NCBI GenBank assembly: GCA_036675075.1
Contig: JAKFFM010000038.1
Span: 25,024 to 89,023, forward strand
Length of the DNA: 64,000 nt
Source of the DNA: Bacteroidota bacterium
GTDB lineage: Bacteria > Bacteroidota > Bacteroidia > JAKFFM01
Direction of reading: 5' to 3'
The translations under genes and the position numbers were made by a program. The notes under the pieces are model-generated. The model searched no databases, was not told the origin of the DNA, and saw nothing but the letters and a program-made list of their open reading frames with translations. Of the stretch, positions 9,962-19,584 are shown one piece after another. The stretch's first letter is position 1. The number at the start of each line of letters is the position of its first letter.

Positions 9962-10948
9962 TTATGAAAGATATTTAAACCAGTCCTTTGTCGCTTCGGC
10001 AATGCTTGATGGTTCCCAGAGTGGTGCTTCTCTCCAGTAGTCAATATTGTCAAGCATGATCTTAACTCCTTCCTCAAAGCTTACTTTCGGTTTCCAGTTT
10101 AGTATCTGATTGATCTTCGTGGTATCTGCAAAGGTACAGTCAGGTTCGCCCGGACGTTTTGGAATATGCACTACCTCACCTCCAAGCAATGACACAAGCT
10201 TGTTTACGCTGTAAGTGTTGCCGCTTCCTACGTTCATGATCTCTCCTGAGCAATTTGAGTTTGCCGCAGCTGTTACACAGGCGTCAACGATATCAGTTAC
10301 AAAGGTGAAGTCCCGTGTCTGTTCTCCATCACCAACAACTGTATAAGGTTTGTTGTTGAGCTTTTGCGCAAGGAAAACACCAAACACGGCTCCATAAGTT
10401 CCTGAGGTACGTGCGCGTGGACCATATACATTGAAGAATCTTAGCGATGTGATATTCATCTTATAGATCTGCTCCCAGTACATCGCATACTTCTCACCAA
10501 GAAGCTTGGTCACGGCATATGGATACTGTGGTCTGATCTCCGCTGTTTCAGGTGTTGGATAATTATCCGGAATACCATAGCATGAAGATGAAGCGGCATA
10601 GATCACTCTTTTTACACCATTTGCCCTGCAGGCTTCCAGTACGGAGATCGTTCCGTTAACATTTGAATTATGATACTGCAGTGGCTTCTCAATTGAAGGC
10701 ACAATATCCGCTAAGGCAGCAAGGTGAAACACCCAGTCAACGTTTTCAAACACAGGCTTGATCTTTTCATTGTCTGAAATGTCAGCGTGCAGGAAGCTAA
10801 AGTTGGGATTGTTTTTATGATGCTCTATATTCCGCAATGAACCGCTTGACAGGTTGTCTATAGCGATCACCTTATGTCCGTCATTTAACAGGCGATCCAC
10901 AAGATGGCTTCCAATAAAGCCGCAGCCTCCGGTAACAATCGTTTTCAT
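9962..10948 (-). CDS. extended SDR NAD-dependent sugar-nucleotide epimerase/dehydratase (UXS/RmlB-like)
   Basis: MKTIVTGGCGFIGSHLVDRLL, IDNLSSG and YAVTKLLGE (YxxxK) motifs. Confidence 0.8.
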   Translation of the reverse strand: MKTIVTGGCGFIGSHLVDRLLNDGHKVIAIDNLSSGSLRNIEHHKNNPNFSFLHADISDNEKIKPVFENVDWVFHLAALADIVPSIEKPLQYHNSNVNGTISVLEACRANGVKRVIYAASSSCYGIPDNYPTPETAEIRPQYPYAVTKLLGEKYAMYWEQIYKMNITSLRFFNVYGPRARTSGTYGAVFGVFLAQKLNNKPYTVVGDGEQTRDFTFVTDIVDACVTAAANSNCSGEIMNVGSGNTYSVNKLVSLLGGEVVHIPKRPGEPDCTFADTTKINQILNWKPKVSFEEGVKIMLDNIDYWREAPLWEPSSIAEATKDWFKYLS

Positions 10949-11979
10949 TTTTTCTTTTTCTTAACAAGTTTCTTAAGTATGCCTCCTGAATAATAGTCGG
11001 CATCGTTGATCATTTCGTTGAGCCTTTGTTTCATGGTCACCTTGCGTGATTCGGTCACTGCAGGATCTGCTTTTCTATAGATCCGCGGAATGCCATGAAG
11101 GTCTTTGTTGTCAATGATATGCGGTGTGAATTCCGGTACAAATCCCAATGATCTTACATATTCATCTACATCGATCTTTCCTGCTGGCCGCCATGTTTGC
11201 GCATGATCACGGATATACAGCATCCCGCCAGGCTTGAGTGTTCTGTGAAATTCAGCCAGCATTCTCTTCTGAAGCTTGCTGTTAAGTTCAGGTAGCACCT
11301 GTACGCAGGATACCAGGTTGAAGTAATTATCCGGCAGAAGATCATACCGCCACGTCGGAAGATGCATGATCCCTTTTGAATGATCATCAATTTTAAAGCT
11401 TTGCGGATTGGAAATGTAATCTGTAAAAGGCCGCCCTAATGATGAATAATAGGTATGCTGAAGGCAATATGATTTGGGAACAGCATCCATGCCTACATAA
11501 AGGTTGCCTGCATCTTCTGACCAAAGATTTGCCTGTCTTCCAAAGCCTGCTCCAAAATCAAGCACGCGTTTAATGCGATACCTTTCAGGGACAGGATACA
11601 ACTGGGGAAGCAGAAAATCATGCGCGTTGTTGATCCCTATATTTTTCCTGTATGTTGCAAAGTCGAACGCAAGTCCCAGGTCTGTCAGTGCCTTCCGGTC
11701 TGTTTTTTCGCTTTGGTCGACCAATGGCTCTGTAAGCTTGCTGCCCAGATAATCCGGATAATCAGGCCTGAACCACTTGAACCATTCGATAAGCTCGCTG
11801 ATGTCTGAAAATGATGAAAAATCTTTAGGACCTTCTTCGTAAACAACAGCACTTTTTTTACGCTTCTCCTGGTACTGCCAGGTGATGAGCCATTTTTTCA
11901 GGTACTGCCGGTCTCCCTCCAGCGCACTGTAAAATTGCCCGGTAAGCACTTTGGGTGAAATTAGCTGCTTTGTACTCAC
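10945..11979 (-). CDS. class I SAM-dependent methyltransferase with ~130-aa N-terminal extension
   Basis: VLDFGAGFGRQANLW and LKPGGMLYIRD motifs. The only plausible start is a GTG overlapping the upstream stop (GTGA). Confidence 0.65.
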   Translation of the reverse strand: MSTKQLISPKVLTGQFYSALEGDRQYLKKWLITWQYQEKRKKSAVVYEEGPKDFSSFSDISELIEWFKWFRPDYPDYLGSKLTEPLVDQSEKTDRKALTDLGLAFDFATYRKNIGINNAHDFLLPQLYPVPERYRIKRVLDFGAGFGRQANLWSEDAGNLYVGMDAVPKSYCLQHTYYSSLGRPFTDYISNPQSFKIDDHSKGIMHLPTWRYDLLPDNYFNLVSCVQVLPELNSKLQKRMLAEFHRTLKPGGMLYIRDHAQTWRPAGKIDVDEYVRSLGFVPEFTPHIIDNKDLHGIPRIYRKADPAVTESRKVTMKQRLNEMINDADYYSGGILKKLVKKKKK

Positions 11980-13100
11980 GCCGTAACTTTAACGGGATCC
12001 TTTGTACTGCAGAATTCCCTGATGCATGATGCTACATAGTTTACCTGCTCGTCCGTTAATTCAGGATATACAGGAAGGCTCAGGATCGTTTCAGATTGCT
12101 TTTCAGTAACGGGAAAGTCTCCTTTTTTATAACCTAATCCTGATGCAGCTTCCTGGTAGTGGATTGGCAAGGGGTAATGGATCTTTGTATCGATCCCCTT
12201 CTCACCAAGATAATTTTTTAGTTCGTCACGATGACTGTATTGGATGATGTACGTATGATAAACAGATTTCATTCCATCCGCTTCGATCGGAAGGATCATG
12301 TCAAGTCCGTTTAATGCGTCGCTGTATTTTTTTGCAATCGCTCTTCTTCGTTCGTTCCACTGATCCAGCTTTTTTAGCTTCACATTCAGGATCGCTGCCT
12401 GCATCGTATCGAGCCTTGAATTGTAGCTCCAGAATGCGCATTCATCACGATTTTTCAATCCGTGATTTCGGGCAACAACAAGCTTTTTGTACAGAGCTTC
12501 ATCGTTGGTAGTGATCACGCCGCCATCGCCACAGGCACTCAGGTTCTTCAATGGATGAAGAGAGAATGATCCGGCAATTCCGAATGAACCAACGGGCTTT
12601 CCATGAAGACTGGCACCTACAGCCTGCGCAGCATCTTCAATGACAGGAATGTTGTGCCTGTTCGCGATTGCCATGATCTCTTCCATATCTGCAGGACGAC
12701 CGGTAAGATGAACAGCGATGATTGCCTTCGTTTTTTTCGTGATCGCTTTCTCAAGCCTGGCAGGATCAAGGTTGAAGTTGTCCCGGACATCTGCAAACAC
12801 AGGAGTTGCGCCGATCAGCGCTACAGAGGATGCAGAAGCAAGAAAAGAATTCGGAGCTGTGATCACTTCATCACCGGCACCAATACCCAGTGCACGCATG
12901 GTGAGGAAAAGAGAATCTGTTCCATTGGCAACACCAAGTGCATACGTTGTTCCGGCGATCTTTGCGAAAGATGCTTCGAATTTTGTCAGCTCATCGCCCA
13001 TGATGAATTGTCCGGAGTCGAGCAATGCACCAATGGAGTCAAGGATCTCTGACTTGATATCCTTATGCTGTAAGCCCAGGTTGATATACGGTACTTTCAT
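11976..13100 (-). CDS. DegT/DnrJ/EryC1/StrS-family PLP sugar aminotransferase
   Basis: 374 aa. Motifs GDEVITAPNSF and FSLHPLKNLSACGDGG (Lys region) are typical of the family. Confidence 0.88.
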   Translation of the reverse strand: MKVPYINLGLQHKDIKSEILDSIGALLDSGQFIMGDELTKFEASFAKIAGTTYALGVANGTDSLFLTMRALGIGAGDEVITAPNSFLASASSVALIGATPVFADVRDNFNLDPARLEKAITKKTKAIIAVHLTGRPADMEEIMAIANRHNIPVIEDAAQAVGASLHGKPVGSFGIAGSFSLHPLKNLSACGDGGVITTNDEALYKKLVVARNHGLKNRDECAFWSYNSRLDTMQAAILNVKLKKLDQWNERRRAIAKKYSDALNGLDMILPIEADGMKSVYHTYIIQYSHRDELKNYLGEKGIDTKIHYPLPIHYQEAASGLGYKKGDFPVTEKQSETILSLPVYPELTDEQVNYVASCIREFCSTKDPVKVTA

Positions 13101-14089
13101 TATTGCAGGTGAATTTTTTGCATCAGCTTAACATTGAAATATTTTTCGTTGTTAAGTGAATCCTTGATGAGACCTTTTTCAAATGCTGATTTCAGATCTG
13201 ACACAGCATCTTCAATTGTGTGTGCAGGTGCAAAGCCGAGCTCTTTTTTTATTTTTTCTGAAGAGATGTGGTAGGAACGAAGATCATTGGTAGGAGTGGT
13301 GATCACTTTCACCTGTTCTCCAACGATGTTCTTCACCATGCCCGCAATCTCATTGATGGTATGATTTTCATAACCTGCATTATATACTTTACCGGCAATC
13401 TGCTCCTTAGGAAGCGTAAGCAGGTAGCAGTATAGATCAGTCATGTCTTCGATATGAATGTTGGGACGCTTCTGAGTGCCACCAAATACAGTGATCTCAC
13501 CTTTGTTGATGGCTAGGTTGGTAAGGATGTTCACAGAAAGATCCAGGCGAAGACGTGGGCTATAGCCGCATACTGTCGCAGGACGTATCGTTAGAGTAGT
13601 GAAGTCATCTGACTGATAGTTAGAAAGGATCTCTTCACAGTCAGCTTTGAACTTAGAGTAGTCTGTAAGAGGTTCAAGTGTCATGTCTTCAGTGACATTG
13701 GGCTCTTCTTTTATGCCATACACGCTGGAGGAAGACGCGTAGATAAATCTTTTTACACCGGATTCTTTTGAAATTTTAACCAAAGGATCAAAAGCATCCA
13801 GGTTGATCGACTTTCCGAGGTTTGGATTCAGTTCAAAGCTAGGGTCATTTGAAATGCATGCAAGATGAATGACAGCATCCTGTCCGGGCAGGATCTTTCT
13901 AAGAAGTTCCTGATCACGGATATCACCTTTCACCTTGGTGAGGGAAGGATGATCAGGGAGAACATCCTCACCATAGATCATAAGATCAAGGACAGTAACC
14001 TTGTAACCTTTACTCAATAATTTTGGAGTTAATACAGCTCCAACATAACCTGCACCTCCGGTGACTAGAATGTTTTGCATTTGGGTCAT
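13100..14089 (-). CDS. NAD-dependent sugar epimerase/dehydratase (extended SDR)
   Basis: ILVTGGAGYVGAVLTPKLL and YSKFKADCE (YxxxK) motifs. Its stop overlaps the downstream ATG by 1 nt (TAATG). Confidence 0.8.
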   Translation of the reverse strand: MTQMQNILVTGGAGYVGAVLTPKLLSKGYKVTVLDLMIYGEDVLPDHPSLTKVKGDIRDQELLRKILPGQDAVIHLACISNDPSFELNPNLGKSINLDAFDPLVKISKESGVKRFIYASSSSVYGIKEEPNVTEDMTLEPLTDYSKFKADCEEILSNYQSDDFTTLTIRPATVCGYSPRLRLDLSVNILTNLAINKGEITVFGGTQKRPNIHIEDMTDLYCYLLTLPKEQIAGKVYNAGYENHTINEIAGMVKNIVGEQVKVITTPTNDLRSYHISSEKIKKELGFAPAHTIEDAVSDLKSAFEKGLIKDSLNNEKYFNVKLMQKIHLQ

Positions 14090-14721
14090 TTTTCTAATAT
14101 GGTTGCCGGTACACCAATATACCGGGTCTTTGATTTAAGGTTTCTTATTACAACAGTTCCTGCACCTGTTTCAACGTTATCCTCAATTGTAATGTCGGGG
14201 ATAACAACAGTTCCTGTACCCAGGAAGCAGTCCTGTCCGATTTTCACTCTTCCGGCAGTATGACAACCCGGACCAAGGTTGGCACCATCCTCAATATAAT
14301 TGTCGTGGTCAATCGTTGCACCGGTATGAATATTTACACAATCACCGATGACAGTACCTGTCACGACAATTACTCCCTGACAAAGCACAGTTCCGTCTCC
14401 GATTTTCACATCAGAGTCAAGATGAACAGTTGGGTGTATCGCAGAGATGAGCTTAAGTCCGCTGCTTTTAATTTTTTCAGCAAGCGCGCGTCTTCCGGCG
14501 TTATGACCTATCGCAGCAATGCCTGCTTCAAGATTATGTGTTATGATAAGGCCTGACAAGTCATCCATGGAACCAAGCACTGGAAGAGTCCTGATCAACT
14601 GACCTTTTTTTGAAAGATCATCATCAAGAAAACCAATGACTTCATGCCCGGCTGCCTGGAGAATTTCCAGTACCACTTTAGCATGACCATCAGCTCTGGC
14701 CCCGGCGATTATTGTTCTCAT
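14086..14721 (-). CDS. NeuD/PglD-family sugar N/O-acetyltransferase (left-handed beta-helix)
   Basis: N-terminal Rossmann-like IIAGARADGHAKVVLE..GFLDDD followed by hexapeptide repeats. It is the first gene of the operon. Confidence 0.8.
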   Translation of the reverse strand: MRTIIAGARADGHAKVVLEILQAAGHEVIGFLDDDLSKKGQLIRTLPVLGSMDDLSGLIITHNLEAGIAAIGHNAGRRALAEKIKSSGLKLISAIHPTVHLDSDVKIGDGTVLCQGVIVVTGTVIGDCVNIHTGATIDHDNYIEDGANLGPGCHTAGRVKIGQDCFLGTGTVVIPDITIEDNVETGAGTVVIRNLKSKTRYIGVPATILEK

Positions 14722-14733
14722 TTTTATGACTTA

Positions 14734-14741
14734 CGAAGATA
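14734..14741 (-). promoter_or_regulatory. possible -7 promoter box TATCTTCG for the sugar operon
   Basis: One mismatch to the Bacteroidota TAnnTTTG consensus, 13 nt upstream of the ATG at 14721. Confidence 0.3.
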
Positions 14742-14791
14742 AGAAAAATGGGTAGAAACACGTGGGAACAGCCCGTAGTTTCGATTCTTCT

Positions 14792-14799
14792 TACATTTG
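14792..14799 (+). promoter_or_regulatory. -7 promoter box TACATTTG
   Basis: Exact TAnnTTTG match. It contains the TTG that the ORF track used as a start codon (14797). Confidence 0.45.
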
Positions 14800-14808
14800 A
14801 TCAATTAT

Positions 14809-17800
14809 ATGGCAGATACAATGGTTAGGGGAAAAGCGTTTTTATACAGTTTCGCTTTGATTTTCTTTGCTCTGATCACAGCATCCCCAGCGCAGAACCA
14901 TGTACCGAATAACAGCTTTGAGCAGAAGTCGAGCTGTCCGACAACATACAACCAGGTTTCCCTCGCAATTGGCTGGAAACCATCGTTTCAGAATAATGTC
15001 ACTCCACATCATACTGAATACATGCATTCGTGCAACGGAGGTTCGTTCTCTGCACCTTCAAATGTGTGGGGTAACCAGGTTCCATCGACCGGACAGGCAT
15101 ACATGGGAATGGCGACCTTATCCAATGCAATTGCTACCGACTACAGGGAAAACATTTATATCCAGCTTTCAACCCCTCTGCAGGTTGGTGTATCCTATAG
15201 ATTAAGTTATAAAGCCAGTCTCGCGGACAATGTAACAACAGCCAGCAACAGGCTTGGAATGAAGCTGTCAACAACAGAAACCTTTCTGATTAATAACCAG
15301 GCACATATGTGGACATCCGCAGTCATTACAGATAAATCAGGTTGGGTTACTGTTTCAGATACAATTGTAGCAGACAGTGCATATAAATTCGTTGCATTAG
15401 GTAACTTCTTTACAGACTTAAATACGACTGTTCAGGTTGTATGCGGAGGTTGTTCGCTTCCTCATTGTTTGTATTACCTGGATGATATTGAAGTTGTTCC
15501 TCTTTGTGCCAATATCTCATCTTTTCTTGCTCCGCAATCCATCTGTGTCAACTCCCCGGTTTCTTTTCAAAACAGCTCCACAGGTTCTGCAATCTATTCC
15601 TGGAATTTTGGTGATGGAAACACCTCGGCTCTGGAAAACCCTTCACACATTTATAACACGCCTGGTACCTATACTGTTCAGCTGATTTCATCCGGCTCCT
15701 GTGGTTCTGATACTTCTACTTCCGAGATTACCATTACGCCTCCTCCTACAATTTCGCTCCTTGGAAACACGAACATCTGCCAGGGTTCTTCAACAGTCAT
15801 CACAGCATCAGGTGTTACGTCTTATACCTGGTTTCCGGTATCTTCCCTCAATACTTCCACTGGCAGCCAGGTTATTGCATCACCATCAGGCACTACAACA
15901 TACACTGTGTCTGGCACTTCTGGCTCATGCTCTTCATCAACGGAGATCGTCATCAATGTCGAACCAACTCCTGTTGTTAATGCCGGTCTGGATCAACCTG
16001 TATGTCCTGGTGCTTCTGTTTCATTATCTGGTTCAGGTGCTACGATGTATAACTGGAGCCCTTCAACAGGATTGTCGAATCCTTCTTCTGCAACAACAAA
16101 CGCATCGCCTGCAACAACAACAACCTATACGCTGACTGGCATTACAAACAATTGTTCAGGCACTGATGTTGTCGTAGTCGATGTTGTCAGCATAAATGTG
16201 ACAGCTGGTCCGGATCTTTTTTCCTGCTCTGGTGAAGGTGTGATGCTTGCTTCTTCAGGTGCGTCATCCTATCAATGGCAACCTGATCCTACATTGTCAT
16301 CACTCACTGTTTCCAATCCATACGCGAGTCCTGCTGTAACTTCAACGTACACAGTTACGGGCTCATTCAGCAACTGTACAATGTCGGATGTTATAGTGGT
16401 TGAAGTTGTTCCAAAACCTGTAGTAACTTCTTCAGGTGATCAGGTCATCTGTGAAGGATCTTCGGTTGTGATTTCCGCTTCAGGTGCTTCGACCTATTCC
16501 TGGTCACCTTCAACTGGATTATCTAACCCGAATGCTTCTTCTTTAACTGCATCTCCGGTTAATTCCATGACGTATACTGTTACCGGTACCGAGAATGGGT
16601 GCAATGATACGGCATTGGTTTTTGTCGATGTTATCGCTGTTCCACTTGTTACTGATAGTGATAAATCAATCTGTGAAGGCACTGGTGTTTTGATTTCAGC
16701 GAGTGGTGTTGACTCATATACCTGGTCGCCAGCTGCTACCTTGTCTGATCCTTCCATTGCAACTCCATTTGCATCACCTTCTGTCACTACAACCTATACA
16801 GTAACAGGTACTATTAATAATTGTGCACGGACGGAATCTGTCATCGTGAATGTGAATCTGACGCCGGTTGTTTCTGCAGGATCTGCTTCTGTTGTATGTG
16901 CTGGTGATTCTGTACAGCTGAATGCCTCGGGTGCTGATCAATATAGCTGGTCAGCAGCATCATCACTATCTGCATTGAACATATCTTCGCCTTTGGCTTC
17001 CCCTTCATCTTCATATACATTTACAGTCACCGGAACTACAAACGGATGCTCTGATACAGCCACAGTGTTTGTTTCTGTTGTACCAGGTGTTACCATAAGT
17101 TCAACTTCAGCCATGAGCTGTAATGCGGAGCCTGTGACATTACATGCATCAAACGCCATAACATACAGCTGGTCCCCATCAGTTACACTTTCATCTTCTA
17201 CAGGACAATCGGTTTTGGCATCGCCAACATCAACCACTACCTATACAGTTACAGGCACTTCGTCAAACGGGTGCACAGATACATCGCTTTCAGTTGCTGT
17301 GGTGAATCAGGTAACCGTGAGCTCTTCTGATCATAACATGTGCGATGGTGGTCGCATGCAACTAAGTGCATCCGGAGCAACCACCTATTCCTGGAGTCCG
17401 GCTCTTTCTCTTAGTTCAGCTTATGGAAGCAACGTGATCGCGTCACCCTCTGTAACCACTACATACACTATTAGCGGCGAAACAGCGGGTTGCAAGGCTG
17501 TCGGGTTTTCAACTGTTACCGTTCACCCATTGCCAGTTGCTGATTTTAGTTCTTCGGCTGCTGAAGGATGTCCAGTAACATGTGTCAGCTTCAGGGATCA
17601 ATCTTCGATAAGCAACGGATGGATCACAGGCTGGGAATGGAATCCAGGTAATAATGTTGTTTCAAATACATCAGAACCTGAGGTATGTTATTCTGAAGAA
17701 GGACAGTATGATGTTCGACTCATTGTCGTTTCTTCCTATGGTTGCAGTGATACGATTGTGAAGCAGGCATTCATTAAAATTCACCCAAGCCCGCATGCCA

Positions 17801-18315
17801 CTTTTACAACAGAATTATTTTCATATTCAATATTAAATCCTGTGGTATGCTTCAATAATTTGTCAACGGGCGCTCATGCATTCGAATGGGACTTTGATCT
17901 CACAGGTAATACAATCAGATCGCTTGAAAACAATCCATGCAGCAGGTATGCCGATACAGGAATTTTTTGTGTACAGTTAACTGCTTTTAATAATTATGAG
18001 TGCATCGATACAACCGTTCATTGTGTCAGGATCATTGAAGATCCGGTGATCTATTTTCCTAACTCATTTACTCCGAATGGCGATGAGGTCAATGATAAGT
18101 TCAAAGCTGTTGGTGAAGGTGTAAAGGAATTCCAGCTCTGGATCTTTGACAGATGGGGCGAGCTGATCTATTACTCTGAGGATGTCAACCAGGGATGGAA
18201 TGGCAAAAAAAACAACCAGGGGGGCAATGTGCCGCAGGATGTATATGTTTGGAAAGCCCGTTACATCACTGATCATAACAGGACGGCCAAAGGCACAGTT
18301 ACAGTGATCTACTGA
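14809..18315 (+). CDS. large cell-surface adhesin-like protein with PKD domains, eight Cys-containing tandem repeats and a T9SS type B (gliding-motility-associated) C-terminal domain
   Basis: The first ATG after the -7 box gives MADTMVRGKAFLYSFALIFFALITASPAQ as a signal peptide. PKD motif WNFGDGNTS. C-terminal FPNSFTPNGDEVNDKF..IFDRWGELIY..WNGK matches the TIGR04131-type domain. Confidence 0.85.
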   Translation: MADTMVRGKAFLYSFALIFFALITASPAQNHVPNNSFEQKSSCPTTYNQVSLAIGWKPSFQNNVTPHHTEYMHSCNGGSFSAPSNVWGNQVPSTGQAYMGMATLSNAIATDYRENIYIQLSTPLQVGVSYRLSYKASLADNVTTASNRLGMKLSTTETFLINNQAHMWTSAVITDKSGWVTVSDTIVADSAYKFVALGNFFTDLNTTVQVVCGGCSLPHCLYYLDDIEVVPLCANISSFLAPQSICVNSPVSFQNSSTGSAIYSWNFGDGNTSALENPSHIYNTPGTYTVQLISSGSCGSDTSTSEITITPPPTISLLGNTNICQGSSTVITASGVTSYTWFPVSSLNTSTGSQVIASPSGTTTYTVSGTSGSCSSSTEIVINVEPTPVVNAGLDQPVCPGASVSLSGSGATMYNWSPSTGLSNPSSATTNASPATTTTYTLTGITNNCSGTDVVVVDVVSINVTAGPDLFSCSGEGVMLASSGASSYQWQPDPTLSSLTVSNPYASPAVTSTYTVTGSFSNCTMSDVIVVEVVPKPVVTSSGDQVICEGSSVVISASGASTYSWSPSTGLSNPNASSLTASPVNSMTYTVTGTENGCNDTALVFVDVIAVPLVTDSDKSICEGTGVLISASGVDSYTWSPAATLSDPSIATPFASPSVTTTYTVTGTINNCARTESVIVNVNLTPVVSAGSASVVCAGDSVQLNASGADQYSWSAASSLSALNISSPLASPSSSYTFTVTGTTNGCSDTATVFVSVVPGVTISSTSAMSCNAEPVTLHASNAITYSWSPSVTLSSSTGQSVLASPTSTTTYTVTGTSSNGCTDTSLSVAVVNQVTVSSSDHNMCDGGRMQLSASGATTYSWSPALSLSSAYGSNVIASPSVTTTYTISGETAGCKAVGFSTVTVHPLPVADFSSSAAEGCPVTCVSFRDQSSISNGWITGWEWNPGNNVVSNTSEPEVCYSEEGQYDVRLIVVSSYGCSDTIVKQAFIKIHPSPHATFTTELFSYSILNPVVCFNNLSTGAHAFEWDFDLTGNTIRSLENNPCSRYADTGIFCVQLTAFNNYECIDTTVHCVRIIEDPVIYFPNSFTPNGDEVNDKFKAVGEGVKEFQLWIFDRWGELIYYSEDVNQGWNGKKNNQGGNVPQDVYVWKARYITDHNRTAKGTVTVIY
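15745..17535 (+). repeat. eight in-frame tandem ~74-aa repeats inside the adhesin gene
   Basis: Each unit has the pattern C.G..V.L.ASGA..Y.WSP...LS....ASP..TTTYTVTG....C. Boundaries were estimated from residue counts. Confidence 0.8.
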
Positions 18316-19532
18316 CCATTCTTGATCTCCCTGTAAAACTGGATCACTCGTGACGTATTCCGTTCAAGCGAAAGCTTTGTTCTTTCTCTGAAAAGCTCTT
18401 CTCTTATCGTTGAATAGTTTTTTGACTCAATGATCGTATGAATGGAGTCCAGGTCTTTTCTTGTGATGGAAATGCCTGCCTTGTATCTGTTAACTATCCA
18501 GCTCTGGTAAACGAGGTCACTGGAAACAATGATCGGTAAGCCTGCTTCTATGTAGTTAAACAGCTTGAGTGTGGTGGCGTATTTATATTTTTCCTGACGG
18601 TTCTGATTCGCATTGCTGAAGAATGGCAGCAGTCCGAAATGATACTGCTCAAGCTCTTTTGAAAGTTGTGACTGGCTTACGCTTTCATGCATGTGAAGAA
18701 AAGGAAGCTCTTTCATAAGCCGGTAGTATTCTTCATAATCGGCCTTTAAGGTTGAAGGGCTTGGATAGATATGAAGATGTATCTTCTGGCTGTTCAGCAA
18801 CCGGGCGAGCCACATCAGCTGAATTGCACCATATTGCTGAAGGTCACGGTGACTGCCTGCAATGTTACCTGCATAGACAAAATGATATTCACCGGTGTTC
18901 ATGATTTCAGGATACCTGAATTTGTCTTCTTCACAATAGAGTGGGAAGTAAAGTGTCGGAGGTTTGGCGCTTACACCAAGCTGCCTGTAGGCTTCATTCA
19001 CTTCAAGACTGTTCGCAAGAATTCCGTGGGTGTTCCTCAGTAAGCTCTCTTCATGTGGAAGTTCCTGGTAGAGCCAGCGTATTCCATGATCCTTTTCATA
19101 ATAGATGGTATAGATGTCCTGAACATCGAGGATCCATTCTGATCTGAATTCATTCCGGACACGATCAATGTAACGGCTTTTAGGAATGAAGCACTGATAC
19201 AAAAATGGAGCAGGGGAGGTCCTTATGATCCTTTTGAGGTGATTGACATTTCTGTATAATATCACCTTGTCCCATGTGTCGCCTGCGAACTTGGAAACAT
19301 AGCCATGCTTATGACAGATGAGGTATGTTCTGTATCCATGTTTTTTTAATTGCCTGGCAAGCCTTTCAACTCTTGGTGATAATGATTCACCAACAAAAAT
19401 GATCAGCATGGTGTCTTTCTCATCAGTTGGGCTGCTGACTGCAGTAAGCACTGAATCAAGCATGGAGGTTACGCTGGTGTACAAAAGTTTGTTAACCTTG
19501 TTTAGCAGTATCCTTAATTTGATGAGATTCAT
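18309..19532 (-). CDS. putative GT-B fold glycosyltransferase
   Basis: 407 aa. The C-terminal half (HFVYAGNIAG.., KLFNYIEAGLPIIVS) resembles the GT1/GT4 donor-binding domain. The call is weak. Confidence 0.5.
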   Translation of the reverse strand: MNLIKLRILLNKVNKLLYTSVTSMLDSVLTAVSSPTDEKDTMLIIFVGESLSPRVERLARQLKKHGYRTYLICHKHGYVSKFAGDTWDKVILYRNVNHLKRIIRTSPAPFLYQCFIPKSRYIDRVRNEFRSEWILDVQDIYTIYYEKDHGIRWLYQELPHEESLLRNTHGILANSLEVNEAYRQLGVSAKPPTLYFPLYCEEDKFRYPEIMNTGEYHFVYAGNIAGSHRDLQQYGAIQLMWLARLLNSQKIHLHIYPSPSTLKADYEEYYRLMKELPFLHMHESVSQSQLSKELEQYHFGLLPFFSNANQNRQEKYKYATTLKLFNYIEAGLPIIVSSDLVYQSWIVNRYKAGISITRKDLDSIHTIIESKNYSTIREELFRERTKLSLERNTSRVIQFYREIKNGQ

Positions 19533-19584
19533 AATTACCTTTGGGACTGCAAAATTAAGTATCGTGCGTTACTTGCGGTGATTT

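Noticed and set aside
12603-13131. Two plus-strand ORFs (149 and 137 aa) antisense to the DegT aminotransferase gene. Similar antisense ORFs occur in yebC (52372-52800) and ettA (47536-47955).
   Set aside because: The opposite strand encodes proteins with clear family motifs. The antisense products are Cys/Arg- or Ser-rich with no recognisable features.
15701-17237. Alternate-frame and antisense ORFs inside the adhesin gene (15701-16135 plus strand, 16494-16787 minus, 16938-17237 minus).
   Set aside because: They lie entirely within a strongly supported 1168-aa CDS. Their Leu/Gln/Ser-rich translations look like frame artefacts of the repetitive Ser/Thr codons.
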